From positions 122,080,001 through 122,144,000 of the forward strand of contig NC_058368.1 in NCBI RefSeq assembly GCF_018350175.1: DNA of 64,000 bases, read 5' to 3'. The notes below the pieces were generated by a model that worked only from the letters and a program-made list of their open reading frames with translations, searched no databases and was not told the DNA's origin. Numbering within the stretch: the first letter of the stretch is position 1; the number at the start of each line of letters is the position of its first letter. Made by a program: the position numbers and the translations under genes. Shown piece by piece: positions 1 to 15,411 of this stretch. Origin of the DNA: Felis catus. Its lineage: Eukaryota.

Positions 1-3000
1 CTGCATCTCTGATGTTACTGAGTGTAGAACAGATGACACAATCAGTTAATCTGATTTAATAAATCCTTTAATTCTCTTGGTAAATACTAGAAAAGCAAGG
101 GGATCATGGAGAAGGAGGGTCCAGAAATAGACTTTAATCCCTTTTTCCATCATCTTCCTATACTCTTAAGTAGAAATACTGAGACAGTTCCTTAAGAGAG
201 AGCAATCTCTTCCTTGCTTAGCGGAAAAAGAATCAGGAGTTTCCATTGGATATATTTGGAGTGTGTATGCCTAATAGTCAAGGATGCTTCCTTTCATGGT
301 GGGTATCCTGGCTCCTTCAACGTTCAGAGTTCAAGGGGTTAAGGAGCAACCCTTTCCTGGCATCAACATGCAGATCTCCATGGATTCAATAATCCATGAT
401 GCACAGTCTCTGGTTCAAAGTTTTTTTTCCCCTCTTTTCTTTGTTGTGAAGGGATTTTCAAATAGACCCTCAAGTTAAGCATTACTTTTTTCTCAACTAA
501 GACATTCTCTTGCAATTTCACATGTAGTGTTTGGATTAATACTACAGATTCATACAACATCCTATGGGAGAAACTTAAGTATCAAAACCCCAATCAATGA
601 GTGACATCCACAAACTAAAATCAGGGGCTGATGCATTGCTTTAAAAATGTTCCTTATTTATAGAGAGCTTAATTGCATTAAGTGCCAAAGAATGTACTGC
701 TTTCTTTGTAATGAGTTTTTATGGTCTTAGTCTTTGGAAGCTCAGATTCCATCTGTGACAGCAGACTGTGGTAGAGTTCGGCTATTAATAGCTGCTGGTA
801 CACACTTACTCACAGCTAAGAGGCCCAGGGCTGTAGAGACAGCCAGATGGAGATAATACCACAGGGTGACTGTATGGACAAAAAGATGATCCATTTTTTT
901 TTTCCAACACAAAACAGACAACACTAAAAACATGACAATCCTGTTTTATTGCAAGCCAAACCCTCTGAGGAATTTTTTTTCTCCTTTCTAATTCTCAGGA
1001 CTCGTTCTAAATCACATGTGATTTATCACTGTTTCTGTTGTTCAAATAACTCCTTACATAGGTTACAAAGACAAAAACATCCAGATGGGTTAACAGCCCA
1101 GATTTACTAAAATGAAATCCTGATACAGAAATCCTGTTTCCTGATACAGAAAATCAGGAACAAAACAATTTGGCAGCTACTCAAGGAAAAAAAATAAACT
1201 TTGATACTGGACAGTCTTCTGAATCAGAAATATTTTCCCTTACACAGAAAAAAGGCCAAAAAATGGCATAACACATCAGATATTTCTGGATACAAAGAAT
1301 AGATTCTCCCCACCCAAAACTGCTTACTGTGATCTATCTAATATTATTATGGTCTTAATTCATCTTTATTTTAAAGACAATAAGAAAATATACTGGAACA
1401 CAAGAGTGACACAGCTACCATACTTAACATTGTCATGATTCTTGGGGGCTGAAGTTTTATAGATACCAATCCTTCTTCTTTTTTTTTTTTTAATTTGTAG
1501 TAATCTGTAGGGTGAATAAGGGGAAAAACTATTTCCCCTAAATTATATTTTGCCTAAATTATATTTTGGTGGTATTGCACAATATGTGGGTTTTATGTTT
1601 TCTAAGTAAGGATAGATTAATAGGAATGTTCACACACAATGGAAAATGATACCGTTAAAAATTGGGCAAGGGATCACCACATCATCCTGTTCAGTCTACA
1701 ACATGGGTAGAATCACATTGTTCTCATGAAGACAAGCACAGCTAAAATCAAGAGGCACAGCCTCAGCTAAGAACTTGGCTCTGTTCTCACACTTTGAGGA
1801 AATTCCAGGCAAACAGGGATAGTTAATTAAGCACCCTATTTCATAGAGATAAGAAAGAGATACCTGATTTCATAGAGATATCATACAGGTACCACATTTA
1901 ATAGGGATACCATGAAAAAATCCTGAAAATTAGACAAGCAAAGCCAAACTATACAGAAGAGACAAAGGTGGCCGGTTCAAACAGATGGTTAAGGGATCTG
2001 GGAGTCTCTAACTGTACCAAGAATCCAGGGTTTATCCCATGAAACCTCATTTATTCATGCACTATTCTTAATCTACAGGGAAGCTCTTTTCTTTTAAAAT
2101 AAATAAACAGTCATAAAATAAAGATAATCTATTTTTAACACAAATTGCTTAACAGTTTAAGTTCTAAAGCCACACTATTTATAATCTTTGTCTGCATCTT
2201 ACTAATTGCTTAAAACTGACCAAGTTTCTTAACCTCAATAAGCCACTATTTTCTCATTGATCAAAAAGGTACAGCAGGATAGTGAGGATCCTGCTCACAG
2301 GATCACAATATCCACGCAAAACATGGATATTCCATGCAAAACATATTGGTCAGTGGGTGGTACATAGTTAAAACTCAAAAGATGCCCTTTTTTCTTCTTC
2401 TCCTTTTTCTTTATGATTTTTTTATACTTCATTTGTATTCCTACTACATGCATAGTGCTTCTGAAAGTTAGAAAGATCTGGGTTTGAATCCTTACTGGGA
2501 GAGGCTGTGATCAATACCTTTTAATTTACTCATCTGTTAAATGAAGCTAATCCTACCTACCTTGGAGGAATGTGAGAAGTAAATGAGACAATTCATGTCA
2601 TATGCTTAACATGCTCTTGGACATAGGCTAGCTTCCGTATGGAAATTAGCTCTCCTGATTTCACCATCATAATCCTTTCAGTAGGTTGATGGGACACTTA
2701 AACACAAGAGTGAATATAAAGCAGAACTACAGTGCCTGAACCTTAAACATCAGTTCATTCTTCTTCCAGCTTGGTTAGTGAGGCTGTACGTATCACATAT
2801 TATAATTGCGTATCTGATGTATGTCAGCTTCAATATTTATTGTTTCCAAGACAATTGCTACTACACTGTCATTTCACAGAGCCACTGAGGTATATGCCTC
2901 TCATGCCACCAAAACGAGACAGAGGAGATACTGTCCATCTTCACTGTCATATCTGCATTAATATCAGAGAGCCAGCTACTTAAAACATCCCAGATCCTTC

Positions 3001-3657
3001 CAGCACACAGGTCACAGGCTGGTTTTGCTTCTCCCTTCAGTTCCAGCCTTATCATTTCTTCACTTTTAGCATCACTGTTTCTAAAATTTCCACATTAGCT
3101 CATCACTTTCAAATACTTGGAGCACTAATGCATCAAGCCCATCATCAAACAGAACACCTTATGTATGTGTGCAGTGTGCAGGGCTTTGAGTGAGTGCACT
3201 CTACAAAGAGATTTTTCACCTACGTTCCTAAACAGCAGGGAGACTTAGCGGCGCTACTTTCCCTCTCCTGGAATGTTTACTAACTAGCTAATAATTTCAC
3301 TGTGAACTTTAAGCCTTCACTAGTCACAGCAAGAGTACATGCAAGGATCTAAGCAAGCCAAGTTCTGAGGCTGCCTCGAAACAAAATCTGTCTGTACTGT
3401 TACACCAAATTCACCAGCCTGTTTGAACACTGGAAGGAGAAACATGGCGTTTTCCACCTTGACTTTGCCTTCAATGTGACAAGGCAGTGTCTAACTTCAG
3501 GGCATCCAATGGTTATGAAATCTTGACACTTCACCTACTGTGGGAATGACATGTTTTAACAGTCTCCATTCTCCCAAGCATTTTCATATTAAGCTCTGGT
3601 GAATGGAAAGTAATGAGATGGACCACGAAGTGCTCTGTCAGGCAGGTAATGCCTGCT

Positions 3658-3693
3658 TCTCTCTCTCTGTCTCTCTCTCTGTCTCTCTCTCTG

Positions 3694-3734
<41 letters not shown>
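3658..3734. repeat. (CT)n microsatellite with CTGT interruptions
   Basis: Seen directly. Confidence 0.95.
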
Positions 3735-3737
<3 letters not shown>

Positions 3738-5942
3738 TACCCACCCCCCAGTAGCACAGCTGACAACTTCAAACATTTATTAATATCGATCCCCTTGTCT
3801 CCTAACAATCAATAGTGAGCGTCCAAAGAATCAAATAATATTCAATGTGCAGAACTGTATTTATTTTCACATAATACTGCAGGGAAATTAAAGATGACTC
3901 ATTATATGAATCTGTTTATCTCTTTAAGATTAAGAAATGACTACTACTTCTACACACATCCCAGAGTTTTAGCTAATGTGGCTCTAAAATAACCCTGGGG
4001 AAATGCTCTTACTACTTCTCTGGTTACATTAACCTACTGTCTAATGATTTCCTTGGTAAAATATGGTTTTATGATAGCTAGACTTTTTAAAAAGATACCT
4101 GCTATAGATGGTAAATTGCTTGTCTTCTAATAATAAAGTAGCTAACATTTATTGAGGGCTCGCAATGAATGCACTAGGTAAGATCTTAGGTGTTTTACAT
4201 ACAAAATCCACTCCATTTTCATACAGCTCTATGGAGGTAAGTTCCATTGTTTTCGTTTATGTTTTATACAAATGAAGACATTGACATTTTGATAGGGTGT
4301 GACTTGACTAAGGTTGTAACAAATAAGTGGCAGAAATAGAATTTAGAATTATTCTATCTGAATCAAGAGCCAGAGGTCTTAACCACTGCTTTACATGTCT
4401 TTGTTGGTAGACTGAATTTTTGTTCTGGTATAGCTATAACCATTTTTGTTTTGGCTAACCTATAAATATTTTACTTGTGTCAACTCACCTAACATTCTTG
4501 TTATTCAGGCTTCATCAGCAAGGCACAGACCTCCAATTGGAGCCGCAATACTGTTAACACTTTCCATATGAGAAGTCATAAATCTTTATGATTTTCAGAA
4601 AGGTCAAGTGCTTTGGTTTGTGGTCCAAAACTGGGCTTCAGAAATCAAAATAAAAGATAATCTGAACAATTTCTTAAGGATTTACTTGCCTATCTGTAGT
4701 TATACTCTAGTAGAAAAGAATTTGATGCCTAATAATCATTCTGTCATCTAATACATATATTTTTAATTTATTGGGAGACAAAATAACATTAAAATATTCT
4801 TTTAAGAACATATCAAGAAAGTAAAAATTGTGAAATGTGGCCAAATCAATAATTTCAGAGACCGTTCTGAGTTTCTAGTCCACTACTTCCTGAGGGAGTA
4901 TGGAGCCCACTTCTGCAGGTGAGTGAGCCTGGGCCCCACCCTCACGAGGCAAAGTTAGTTCTAAGGAAGATGTTCATCTTTGGTCTGTCACCTGTCCACA
5001 ATGAACCTGGAGAGGAATGACCAATGCTTCACATCCCTCCTTCCCCTCAAGTTTCTCATGCTTAGAGAAATACATTGTACAAAACCTTAGAACTCAGTGT
5101 ATTCCAGCCCTTGTAGTCTATAGTTGAACAAAGAGAGGCCCAGAAAGGTGGTTAGCTGGCAGAGATGGGCCAGACTCAGGTCCCAGTGCTGTGCATCTTC
5201 TATTACCCCATGCTCCCTCTTAAATGTAGGCCATGTGATACAGATAAGCAGTAAAGGATTCATCATTTGTGAATAAGGCCGACCAAATGTCCTCTCGGCT
5301 TAATGTTGTTCACCAAACACTGCCTTATTTAAGGAAAAGAGATGCTGCTAATTCTGCATCAAAGATAGCCTGTATATTATGCTAGTTATAGCCTAATGAT
5401 CTGGGTTGGAGTCCCAGCTCCACCAGTCATAAGCTGTGTGACCTTAGGTAAGTTACAAAACCTTCCTGAGCATAGACAAGAAAGTAATGACCACATCAGC
5501 AACCTCACTGAGTTGCTTGTGATGTGTATATGCATTAATTCATATTTAATACTCAACTATATGTCTCACATGTAATAAACACTATATTATTTTTATTATC
5601 ATTTTTTTTTTTTTGCCAAGTCGTGACAGGAAATCCACTGTTAGGTCTACAAGTAATTCTGCTACTACTCTCTCTTCATTCAGTTGTCAACAAACCCAGG
5701 GCAGTCAAGACAACACTTGCTAAATCTCAAATGGGTAAAAAAAATTCTAACTCACTCCCCACCCACTTAGTGTATGAGCTTCTGTGGCACCACTAACAAT
5801 CAATAGTTTGGCTGTGCCCCCTCACAAACTTCTCAAGGCTCTTCCCTGGAAAATGTCTCCAACTAACGAGCTAAGAAGGGTCCATTCATAATGATGTGGT
5901 ACTGATGTACTGCCAAGTATCCTATATAAGGATATTTTGGAT

Positions 5943-6148
5943 GGGGCGCCTGGGTGGCTCAGTCGGTTGAGCGTCCAACTTTGGCTCAGGTCACGATCTC
6001 ACAGTTTTTGAGTTGGAGCCCTGTGTCAGGCTCTGTGCTGACAACTCAGAGCTTGCTTCAGATTCTGTGTCTCCCCCTCTCTCTCTCTCTCCCTCCATTG
6101 TTCATTCTCTCTCTCTCTCTCTCTCAAAAATAAACATTTAAAAAAAGA
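5943..6148 (+). mobile_element. Can-SINE (SINEC_Fc-like)
   Basis: GGGGCGCCTGGGTGGCTCAGTCGGTT head, (CT)n tract, AATAAACATT-A tail. Confidence 0.93.
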
Positions 6149-6932
6149 TAATAGTATTGGTATCTATGGAAAAAGTTTTATTTCTTGTCTGGTTTCCTTT
6201 GTTTAAGGGTACTGAGTCAGAAATAGAGACGATGCTGTTCCAAATTCAAGCAGAGTGTACTCCACTCCTATTTTGTAAAGTTGAGCTGACCCGGTTTAGC
6301 TCCTTGGGTAATGCTGTTTGCATGTTTTCCTGATATCAATCCTTTAGAGGCTGCTGCTCTCCCTACCTCTGGACCTTTCAAGGAGACAATGCCTTGGAGA
6401 TTCTGTGGCTTTGCCTAATGAGTGACAGCCAGATTTCTGTCATTTGCAAAACATAAGCATTTGTGGAACTCTGAGAACTGTTCCTTGTAGAGACAAGTCA
6501 TTGCCAAAGGTCACAGAGATAGTTGCAGACACAGATGTAGTATTAGGACATATTGATTAGCCTTCTGGTTAGAGCTTTATTATGTAATTGGCACAATACT
6601 ATCTTGGTGAGGTATGGTGACGTTTTGACAGTTTGGAGCCAGTGAACTTGCCTTATGCATCAAAGACAACGGAACACTACATTCCTCTGAAGTTCACAGG
6701 CTCCAGAAAATAGCTCCTGTCTATCTATCTATCCATCCAATAGATATGTATTGAAGACTTGGTGTTAGGTGCTATGACAAGAGCAGCATCATTAATAATG
6801 GTAAATAGTATCCTAGAGCTTATAATTTAGAAGCAAAAAGAATCCATATGACAAATGGAGTATGTAAGAATCATATGGGGCCTAACAGAATAAATTGATA
6901 TGGCCATAACAGGGCACAGTGAAGTACTAGGA

Positions 6933-7503
6933 CAACACTGTCCAGTAGAAATAAAATGAGCCACATATGTAATTTTAAATTTTCTAGTAGCCATATTAAA
7001 AGGGAGAGGAAAAATCCAGATGAAATTAATATTACCTTTTATTAAATTTGTATTTTATTTAAGTATCTTATATTTATTTTTGATTATTTTTAAATAATTT
7101 TTTTTTGAGAGCAGTTGGGGTGGGGAGCAGGGAGGGGCAGAGACAGAGGGACAGAGGTAATGCTAAGCAGGTTCTGTACTTTCAGCATGGAGCAGGACAT
7201 GGACTTTTACAAACCTTGAGATTTTGATCTGAGCTGAAATCAAGAGTTGGACATTTACCCGACTGACCACCCAGGTGCTCCAAAGTTATCTCCCATTTTA
7301 ACACAATATATCCACAGTATCATTTTACATGTAATCAATAATAAAACATTAACAATAATATTAAAACATTACCAATGAGATCTTTTTACCTTTCTGGTAC
7401 TAATCTTTGAAGTCTGGTATGTATTTTACACTTATAGGACATTCCAAGTGAAATAGCCAAAAACACAGTAGCCACACATATGGTGACCTTACTGGATAGC
7501 ATA
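6933..7503 (+). mobile_element. MER33-like hAT DNA transposon, interrupted by a SINE
   Basis: CTGTCCAGTAGAAATAAAATGAGCCACATATGTAATTTTAAATTTTCTAGTAGCC start; resumes after about 7282 and ends near CTGGATAGC. Confidence 0.7.
7080..7281 (-). mobile_element. Older Can-SINE inserted in MER33
   Basis: Ends CCACCCAGGTGCTCC; diverged body. Confidence 0.8.
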
Positions 7504-8105
7504 CTACTAAGAAATTTAAAAGAGGTAACAACTGCTTTTATAATAGAGGAAAATGGAATCAGAGAATTTGACTTGTGACAGATTTGGGTATCTGAGGTGA
7601 TTTCCCAAGTATGTTTGCACCCTAGTCCCATATCCCACCCTGCAGTGAAAGAATGTCTTTCTCAGTATTTTATGAGCCCCTAGTAAAAAGATTCTGTATC
7701 TCTAACAGTGAGCTTAGCATACACCCATGCTGGTGTCCACGTCTTTACCAGTTGAATAAATAGATGCAAGAAAAATAAAAATAGCCACCTACCACTTGCC
7801 AGACTCCATGTTGCTATTTTGTGTATAATCTCTAACATTTATAATGAAGTTGCAAGAAGCCACTAATTTCTCCATTTTATGAGAGGGAGCTAAAGCACAG
7901 AGTTAAATGATTTCCCAAGATCACAGTCTAGAAAGAAGGGAAGTAGAGGGGTACGTACAGCCAGATCTAACAGGAGGGAGAACATTTAGAGACAGGGAGG
8001 TGGCTAGACTAGACTCTAGGGTGAGCCATAGTATAGAGTTTAGGTGGGCATGGGAACAGGGCTCAGGATATGTCAAGTGTCTGCCCTCTGCTCCATTGTG
8101 AGACA

Positions 8106-8160
8106 TGTGCATACGCGCACACGCGTGCACACACACGTGCACACACACACACACACATAC
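8106..8160. repeat. Mixed (CA)/(CG)/(TG) alternating purine-pyrimidine tract
   Basis: Seen directly. Confidence 0.9.
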
Positions 8161-11100
8161 AGTTAGGTAGATACTAACATATTCATGGCTAAGTAGCTTG
8201 TTCAACAAATGCTAAACAATATATCTTCTCTTGGCCCTTTATTCTGCCTCTCCAGGTAAAAGTTTCCTTAAAATAAGAAACAAAACCAAACTACTAGTTT
8301 CCAAAGGCAAAGGGCATTTTGGGAAATGGGAACCAGACAAACTCTTTTCAGAAGAGGCTTTAAAGGTTTTGCCCAGTCTTCCCCATGCTACCCTCTTCAT
8401 TGTTTCTGAAAAATTGGTATCCATCCTCCCTGTGAAAACATCATCTCTCATAACCATCCCTTCCACTCTTGACAGGATAAATGCTAAAAAAAAAAACAAA
8501 AAACAAAAAACAAAAAACAAACAAAAAAAACACAACTGTTCCACATACTGACCCCAAGCTTCCCTACCTATAACTTCTCATTAGTTAAGAGCTGGTTCTA
8601 ACCGTGCCCTACATGAGCCTCTTACTCAGGCAGGCATCACATCCCTTGTCTCTGTGATGAGAAAAGCAAATATGACTTAGGCAGGACTCAAAACAAAGCA
8701 TAGATTCAAACTGAGTCCTACAATGTAGATATGATTTCTAAAAAATTAAAAATCTTGTATTTGTGTCAGCCAGGAGGATAGATGTAAGAACGAGAGCTTG
8801 TCCTTGTAAAACTTAGTATTTTTCTCATTGTTACTATAGCTTAGAAAAAGACTTACTAAATCTGCTGACCATGCTAAATAGTCACCATCTTGGAGAGCCA
8901 GGATTCCATTTAAAACAAGTCTACAAACTGGAATTATAAAATAAGAGAGAGTTGTAATTTGCTCGTTTCTTGGCTGTGTTTGGACAGCCGCTAGCCTCCA
9001 CCCCAGGGTGGGGAGGAGCAGAATACAATGCAAATACAGTGTCACTGTTTCTGCAATTTTATTCACCCTTCTTTCCAAATGTTTGTTTTTGCTTCCTTGG
9101 GGTATCATGAAGAGTTGCCAGAAAGTCAAGTTTATCTTTAGCATCATCTCTGGGCAAATAACACAGACAAAGGAAAATAATGTTTGGGGCCAAATGTTGA
9201 AAACATGAGTCTTGTGTAGCCGTAGCTGAAAGAGCAAAGAGCTAAAATGAAAAACTAGTAATGTTGGTTCTGTTTTTCTCTACAATTTCTATTTAGAGGA
9301 GTGGAAAGAGGATGGGCTTCAAGTACCAAAAGCTTTCAGTTCCAACTCAGACTTGATCAGGTGCTGCCTCATTGAGTACCCTTAGATGAACTTAATTCAT
9401 TATTTACTTGAATGACTTCTCTGTGCCAAGTACTTTGTCCTCACAGACCTTAAATTAAGTTAGTTACCTCTCTGATTTGTTTTAAATCAAAAAGAAGAAC
9501 ATATATTACTATTTTAGGGCTCTAATAAATAATATGAGATAGCACACATAAAATTACAAAGCCCAGTCCCTAAGCATATAGGAGTCATTGCTTAACAAGT
9601 CTTACTTTCTTTTGTCTTCAAAATAATCAAGTAAATTTGTCTTTTGAGTTAACTTGTGATTTAAAAGCACAGCTCTAATACATAACCAAAAATAAACCCA
9701 ATAGACTGGTCCATAAATGTAGACACTCCCCAAATACCCCAAGTCTTTTTGGGAGGTTCATCAACTAGGGTAACCAGATTTCAAATATCAGTCATAGATA
9801 CTAACTACTTCCAATAGTCCTATTTTGACTTTAACTTGGCTTAATGCAAAAGAATAGTAAAATGCTTTTCTTTTCAGTTACCAGCAAGCATGGTCTATAT
9901 AGCTCAAAAATCACAGCAATACACAATGCTGAAATGTTACAACAGCTCTTTCCAAATTATCTACTGATTGCATGTAACATGTGAGACATTGTGATGAGAT
10001 TATAGTAATAAAAGTACAAATAGGTCCCTATCCTGATGGAACTTACTCTCTAGTGGGAGAGATATAATGTCTGCCCTCAGGGAAGCTAGAAGCCTTGACT
10101 AGGAGAAGAAACAAGACAAACATGCTTTAAATTCAAGTGACCAATATGCTATTTTATAAGCATTAAATTATAAATCCCTAATATAGGGATTCAGAAGACA
10201 TGGGCAGAGTAAGGCTTTGGGGGGGGGGGGGAGTGGGATTTGAGCTGAGACTTTTGAAGATTAAGGATAATTATTCAAGGACTTATACTCTCTCTTTGAA
10301 GACAGAATGCACCAAAACTTAAAGCAGAATCTACCTACAATAAGGCCTTCTTTTCCTGATTCCATGTAGCCCTCTCTCAACTCCACAATTAGTCACTTCT
10401 ACAAACTCTATCCAGGTTCTGTCTCACACACAAGGCAACATTAACTATTCCTAAGCAAAAGATAATTGGCCAGGTTTTTTGCAGATTGTAATTTCTAATT
10501 CTGAGACTCCCCCATTTCTATCTCCCAAACTTCCCCATAAGCAGGAGATGATCACAACCCAGACAGCTGTCCTGCCTCTCCTGCTAGCCAGAAAGGGAAT
10601 CAGATCAGTCTAGTAATGAAGAGGTCTGATGTTAGAAAGCTTTTAAAATTCTAAATCCTATTTGAACTGGACAAGCTGCACAGGTGAGCACTGTGAGACA
10701 GGACTTCAGCCATATCCCCTAGCCATGTCACTCTGAAGCTAGAACAACCATACTCCACTCTTGGCACAGAGTACAACAGTCTCTTCTTAACGTACTTCAT
10801 GTTAACACCTCAATTATATTCCCCACATTTGTTCACCTCAACTTTCTTCAATCTTATGAAAAGTTTGATCAGCCATTGAGGGGTGAACTTCAGGTGAACC
10901 TGTGATTGCTGTGAAATTACATGGCTCAATGTATGTTTATGACTTTCTTGGCAATTTTTCCCTATGGAGAATGTCCTTAGCTTTCATAACATTCTCTAAG
11001 GGTTTCGTGAATCCTCTCTACCCACACTCCCACCAAGAAGTTTAACAACCTCTATTTTATATCTACCATGGTCAAATTTCTATTTGTATCATTTCCAAAT

Positions 11101-11667
11101 GGCTATACTCCAACCATAAACTCAGAGAAAGAAAAAAAATGACACACTTAGAAAAGAATACTTCACTGTTTCTTCTGTACTAATAACAACCAAGTGCTAA
11201 TTGTTAGGTTTGGCTCATAGACTTTGAATCGGTAAATTAGATTAAAATAATTTTTAAAGGCACATTTTCCCCCCATCTTAATGCTCAAAAATTATCCAGG
11301 TATCATACTCTGTAAATAATGACCAACTTGGGTCTTAATACAAACATTTTTTATTAGCTGTCTAATGATACTTAGTAGTCTACTGTGCACTACATTAGGG
11401 GAAGTACATTAACTCATTACTTTGGAGCTTGCAATCAAATTGCTTTATCAGTAAGAAAGGTTATAAAACTATCCTACACTTTCTTCCCCCAGCAGTGATA
11501 CGCTGTAGGAAATTAGGTTTTAAATAGTCCCAAGGGAAATATATTCCCAATGAGCTAAAATCCTGTTTTATACATTCCTAAAAGGCCTTATAACAGCCTG
11601 TAAGATCACAAAAGTCACTGGTGTTCTCTCATGACAGAGAAAATACAAGTTAGAAAATATAACCTCA

Positions 11668-11857
11668 AGGGGTTAAGCATCCAGCTTTGGCTCAGGTCAT
11701 GATCTCATGGTTCGTAAGTTCAAGGCCCACATCAGGCTCTGCCACTGACAGTGAAAGCCTGCTAGGGACTCTCTCTCTTTCTCTGCCCCTTCCTCACTCA
11801 TGCTCTCTCTCTCTTTCTCAAAATAAAAAAATAAACTTTAAAGAAAAAGAAAAAATA
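11668..11857 (+). mobile_element. Can-SINE with deleted A-box region
   Basis: GGGGTTAAGCATCC...GGCTCAGGTCATGATCTC; degenerate TSD AGAAAATATAACCTCA / AGAAGATATAATCTCA. Confidence 0.85.
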
Positions 11858-13087
11858 AGAAGATATAATCTCACCATCCATTTTGGGACAACTAACCATG
11901 TGACCCCCTACTTCTTTTGAGAAGCAGCCTCAGCTCATTCTTCTATAATTGGGAGGTAGCTCTGCTTGCTTCATCTATTTTACAGCTATTATGACCATGA
12001 CCATGAGGTAATGATTTCAAAACTATACTGAAATTTTCCAGATTTCCAGACAAATAAGAGGGCATCTTCTTTCCTGGCCTTCTTGGAGATTTGTTCCTTC
12101 TCCACACATGCAAACTGTTGGAAGGACCCACCAAGATGTCATTACGGATCTGCAGGCATTTGTTTCAGGAAAAGCCAACCACTTATCTGGAAATCCATCA
12201 ACTACAGGGAGGACAGAAGACCTTTTTCCCTAGCCTCACTCTGTGCAACTTAATCTTTGGGGAAAAAATTTGCGATGCCAGTCATAAAATACCCTAGATG
12301 CTGGGAAATGTGATTCCATTACAAAGAAGAGCTCAACAAAGCCACCTGGGTTTAGCACCTATTAATCTTCTCATCGTTTTGCCTCTATAGATTATATAGG
12401 TTCCACAGAATTTTCATATACCTTATTCCATCTTTTTGTCATTAAGAACACTGTGAGGTATATAGAACAAACTTTATTCCTTCTTTCACTTGACTGAATG
12501 TTTATCTTTCCTTCCTTCACCAATCTTCAACCATACTCATTTTCTTTTGATTCTTTCAACATGCCATGAGCCTCAGGCCTTTTGCACATGCCATTTCCTC
12601 CACTGGATCTACTCTTGCCCCAGTATTGTATGTGGCTTAATCCTTTATCTCCCAGTTTATGTCAACTCAACTGAGATTATAGAAAGCCATCCCAACATCT
12701 TTCCCAGTATCTGTCATTTGTTTTCATCACAGATAATTTACCATCACTTCATTTACTGCATTTTATTTCATTTTGTAGGTCTCTTCCACAAACCTGTAAG
12801 CTCCATGAAGGATAGGCACCATGAGGACGGGAGTGGAGGGGTCAGCTCACAATTAAAACACCAGTGGGTAAATCGTAGCCAGGGCTGATAGAATAGGTAT
12901 CCAACTAACATATACTGGGCAGTTAGTGAAAACATGAGTGAAAGAAACAGGCTTTTGAGTATGTAGACTAAAGTTTGTTGGCGTGTGCATGCCTGAAAGT
13001 AGAAATGTTGACTAACTTGTTTAAAAAATATTTCTCCAGCAAGTGTAAAGCCAAAAACATTTTCTAAGAGTTTGGAAGCCTTAGACC

Positions 13088-13380
13088 TGAGCTGTCCAAT
13101 ACAGTAGCCACTAGCCATATATGACTATTGCACACTTGAAATGAGGCTAGTATGAATTGTGTGTATCCTAAGTGTAAAATACCCACCAAGTTTTGCACAC
13201 AATGTAAGAAAAATATAAATATCTAATGTATATTTTTATCTCCATCACATGTTGAAATAACTTTTCAATAAATTGGATTAAATGTATTATTAAAATTAAT
13301 TTCACATTTTTTTTACTGTAACTACTAGAAAATTAAGTTACACATATGGTTTGTACTATATTTCTATAGGATGGTGCTAG
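13088..13380 (-). mobile_element. MER33-like DNA transposon
   Basis: GCTGTCCAATACAGTAGCCACTAGCC ... TATATTTCTATAGGATGGTGCT, reverse orientation relative to the 6.9-kb copy. Confidence 0.7.
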
Positions 13381-14629
13381 TCTAGAGAACTCCAGAATTA
13401 ATCTGATTGTTACGTGCTTATGGTTTTTTTTAATTTTTTTAACTCTCTATGATGGTATATACTTGGGGTGGAAAATATGTGTAAGTTTCAAAGTCACTGC
13501 CTTGCATTCATATTATCATCCTACAGTCTTTTTAATCTTAGGCAGATATTAAGAAACTGTACAGGTATTACACACTATAATACATCTGACTCCTAGGCAG
13601 AAAGATATCTCCACAAAATTGTATAATCAGTATTTGTCCTATTGTTAGCCTTCACATCCTTTAATCCTACTTCCAGAGTCACTACCATAAACTTGGCCAC
13701 CATGATCTCTCACCTGTACAACTGAATTCACTTCCTAACTGGTCTTCCATCTCCAATGCATTTTCTGTAAATAACAACCAGAGTGATTGTACAAGTCTTA
13801 TATTGACCCCAGGACAAAGTCCAAATCCTTATTTCAGCCTTCAATTCTAGACATAATGCTGGTCTTGCTTACTTCTCCTCTTCCTCCTCCTTAGGTTCCA
13901 CATTCCAGCTATTCTGAACTCTTTGAAATTATGGAAAGGTGCCATGCTTCCTTTGGCTTGGAAACTTTGTTCCTTCTGCTAGATCCCACACCCATCACCT
14001 TTCTTTTATCTGGTCAGCTCTTATTCTGTTCTCAGTTTAGAGTCAGGGAAAGCCACTGTGTAGGATTCATGGAAAGGGCGTCTCCTGGCCTCCAGGAAAC
14101 TTTCCCTTGCTGCCACTGCTCCCCTCACCACCACAACCACCAACAGAGGGCTTACAACATCATGTGCTAAGCACTATCTCTGATCATTCCATTGAGTCTC
14201 CACCATAAACCTGTGAGAAGACGGAAGCTTACGTTAATGTAGCACAGTGTGCCAGGACTTGTTCCAAGCTCTTCACATACATGATCACAGACCCCAGGAC
14301 AACACTCTGAGTTACAGTGTCCTGTTTACTGATGAGGAACTAATGCCCAGATAGGTTTAGTAAATCACCCATCTTGTAGCTGGAGGCTTGAGCTCCTGCA
14401 GTTGATCGCACAGCCTATATGGGCTCATGGCAGGTTCTATCACTATTTTAGAGAAGATGAAACAGAAGATCCGAAGAGTTGAGTAACTTGTCCCAAATGG
14501 TCAAGAGAGGATTTGAAAGACCGGTTAGAAGCCCCTTTATGTTTCTTCCAATGACCCTATATACCGCCCCACCCCATTGTGTCTTACAATCGCCTACTCG
14601 CTTACTAGACTATAAGCTTCACAGTCTTT

Positions 14630-15375
14630 AATTTTTAAAAACAGTTTGAGACTAACAGAAAAAGTCAACAGATAGCACAGAGAATTCCCATATACGTCCT
14701 GCAGACTTTCTGCTATTATAAACATGTTATAATTAATGAACCACAAGTGTTATTAACTAAACCTCACAGTTTAATTCATATTCCCTCAGTTTTTACCTAA
14801 TGTCCTTTTTCTGTTTTAAAATTCCATCTAGAACACTACATTACACTTAGCTGTCAGGTTTCCTTTGGCCCTGCTTGTTTGTGGCAGTTTCTCAGACTTC
14901 CCTTGCCTTTGGTGTCTTTGACAGTGCTGAAGAACATGGTCAGGTATATTGTAGCAGGTCTCTCTACTGTAATTTGTCTGATGTTTCTCTCATAAATAAA
15001 GATCCCAGAGGTAAAAAGCCATTTTCATTACATTACATCACAGCGATCTACTATCAACATGACTTAATGAGTACTCATATGGACCTTCACCATCTAGCTG
15101 AAATAGTGTTGGTCAGGTTTCTTTTCTGTAAGTTTACTCTTCCAGACCTCTCTTCCAATCTGTACTCTTTTGATAGCAGTCTCTACATGCCCACTCTTGG
15201 GGAAGAGTAGACAGATACACCCATTTGCTATGTTCCTTGAGGATGGGTCATGTATATAATTTATTTGAAGCTCTGCATGGGAGATTTTCCTCTCTGCTTG
15301 ATTAATTTATTCAATTATTTACTAACATCAGCACTTTGGTTTATAATCCAATACTTCTTTTCTTTTTTCTTTCTT

Positions 15376-15411
<36 letters not shown>

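Noticed and set aside
1115..1880. Short local duplications (TCCTGATACAGAAA x2, CCTAAATTATATTTTG x2, ATTTCATAGAGATA x2)
   Set aside because: Ordinary slippage-type micro-duplications; no repeat-spacer array, so not CRISPR-like.
5943..6020. tRNA-like A and B boxes
   Set aside because: Part of tRNA-derived SINE heads; no intact tRNA gene.
8746..9237. 163-aa minus-strand ORF
   Set aside because: No recognisable domain, non-ATG start, intronic AT-rich context.
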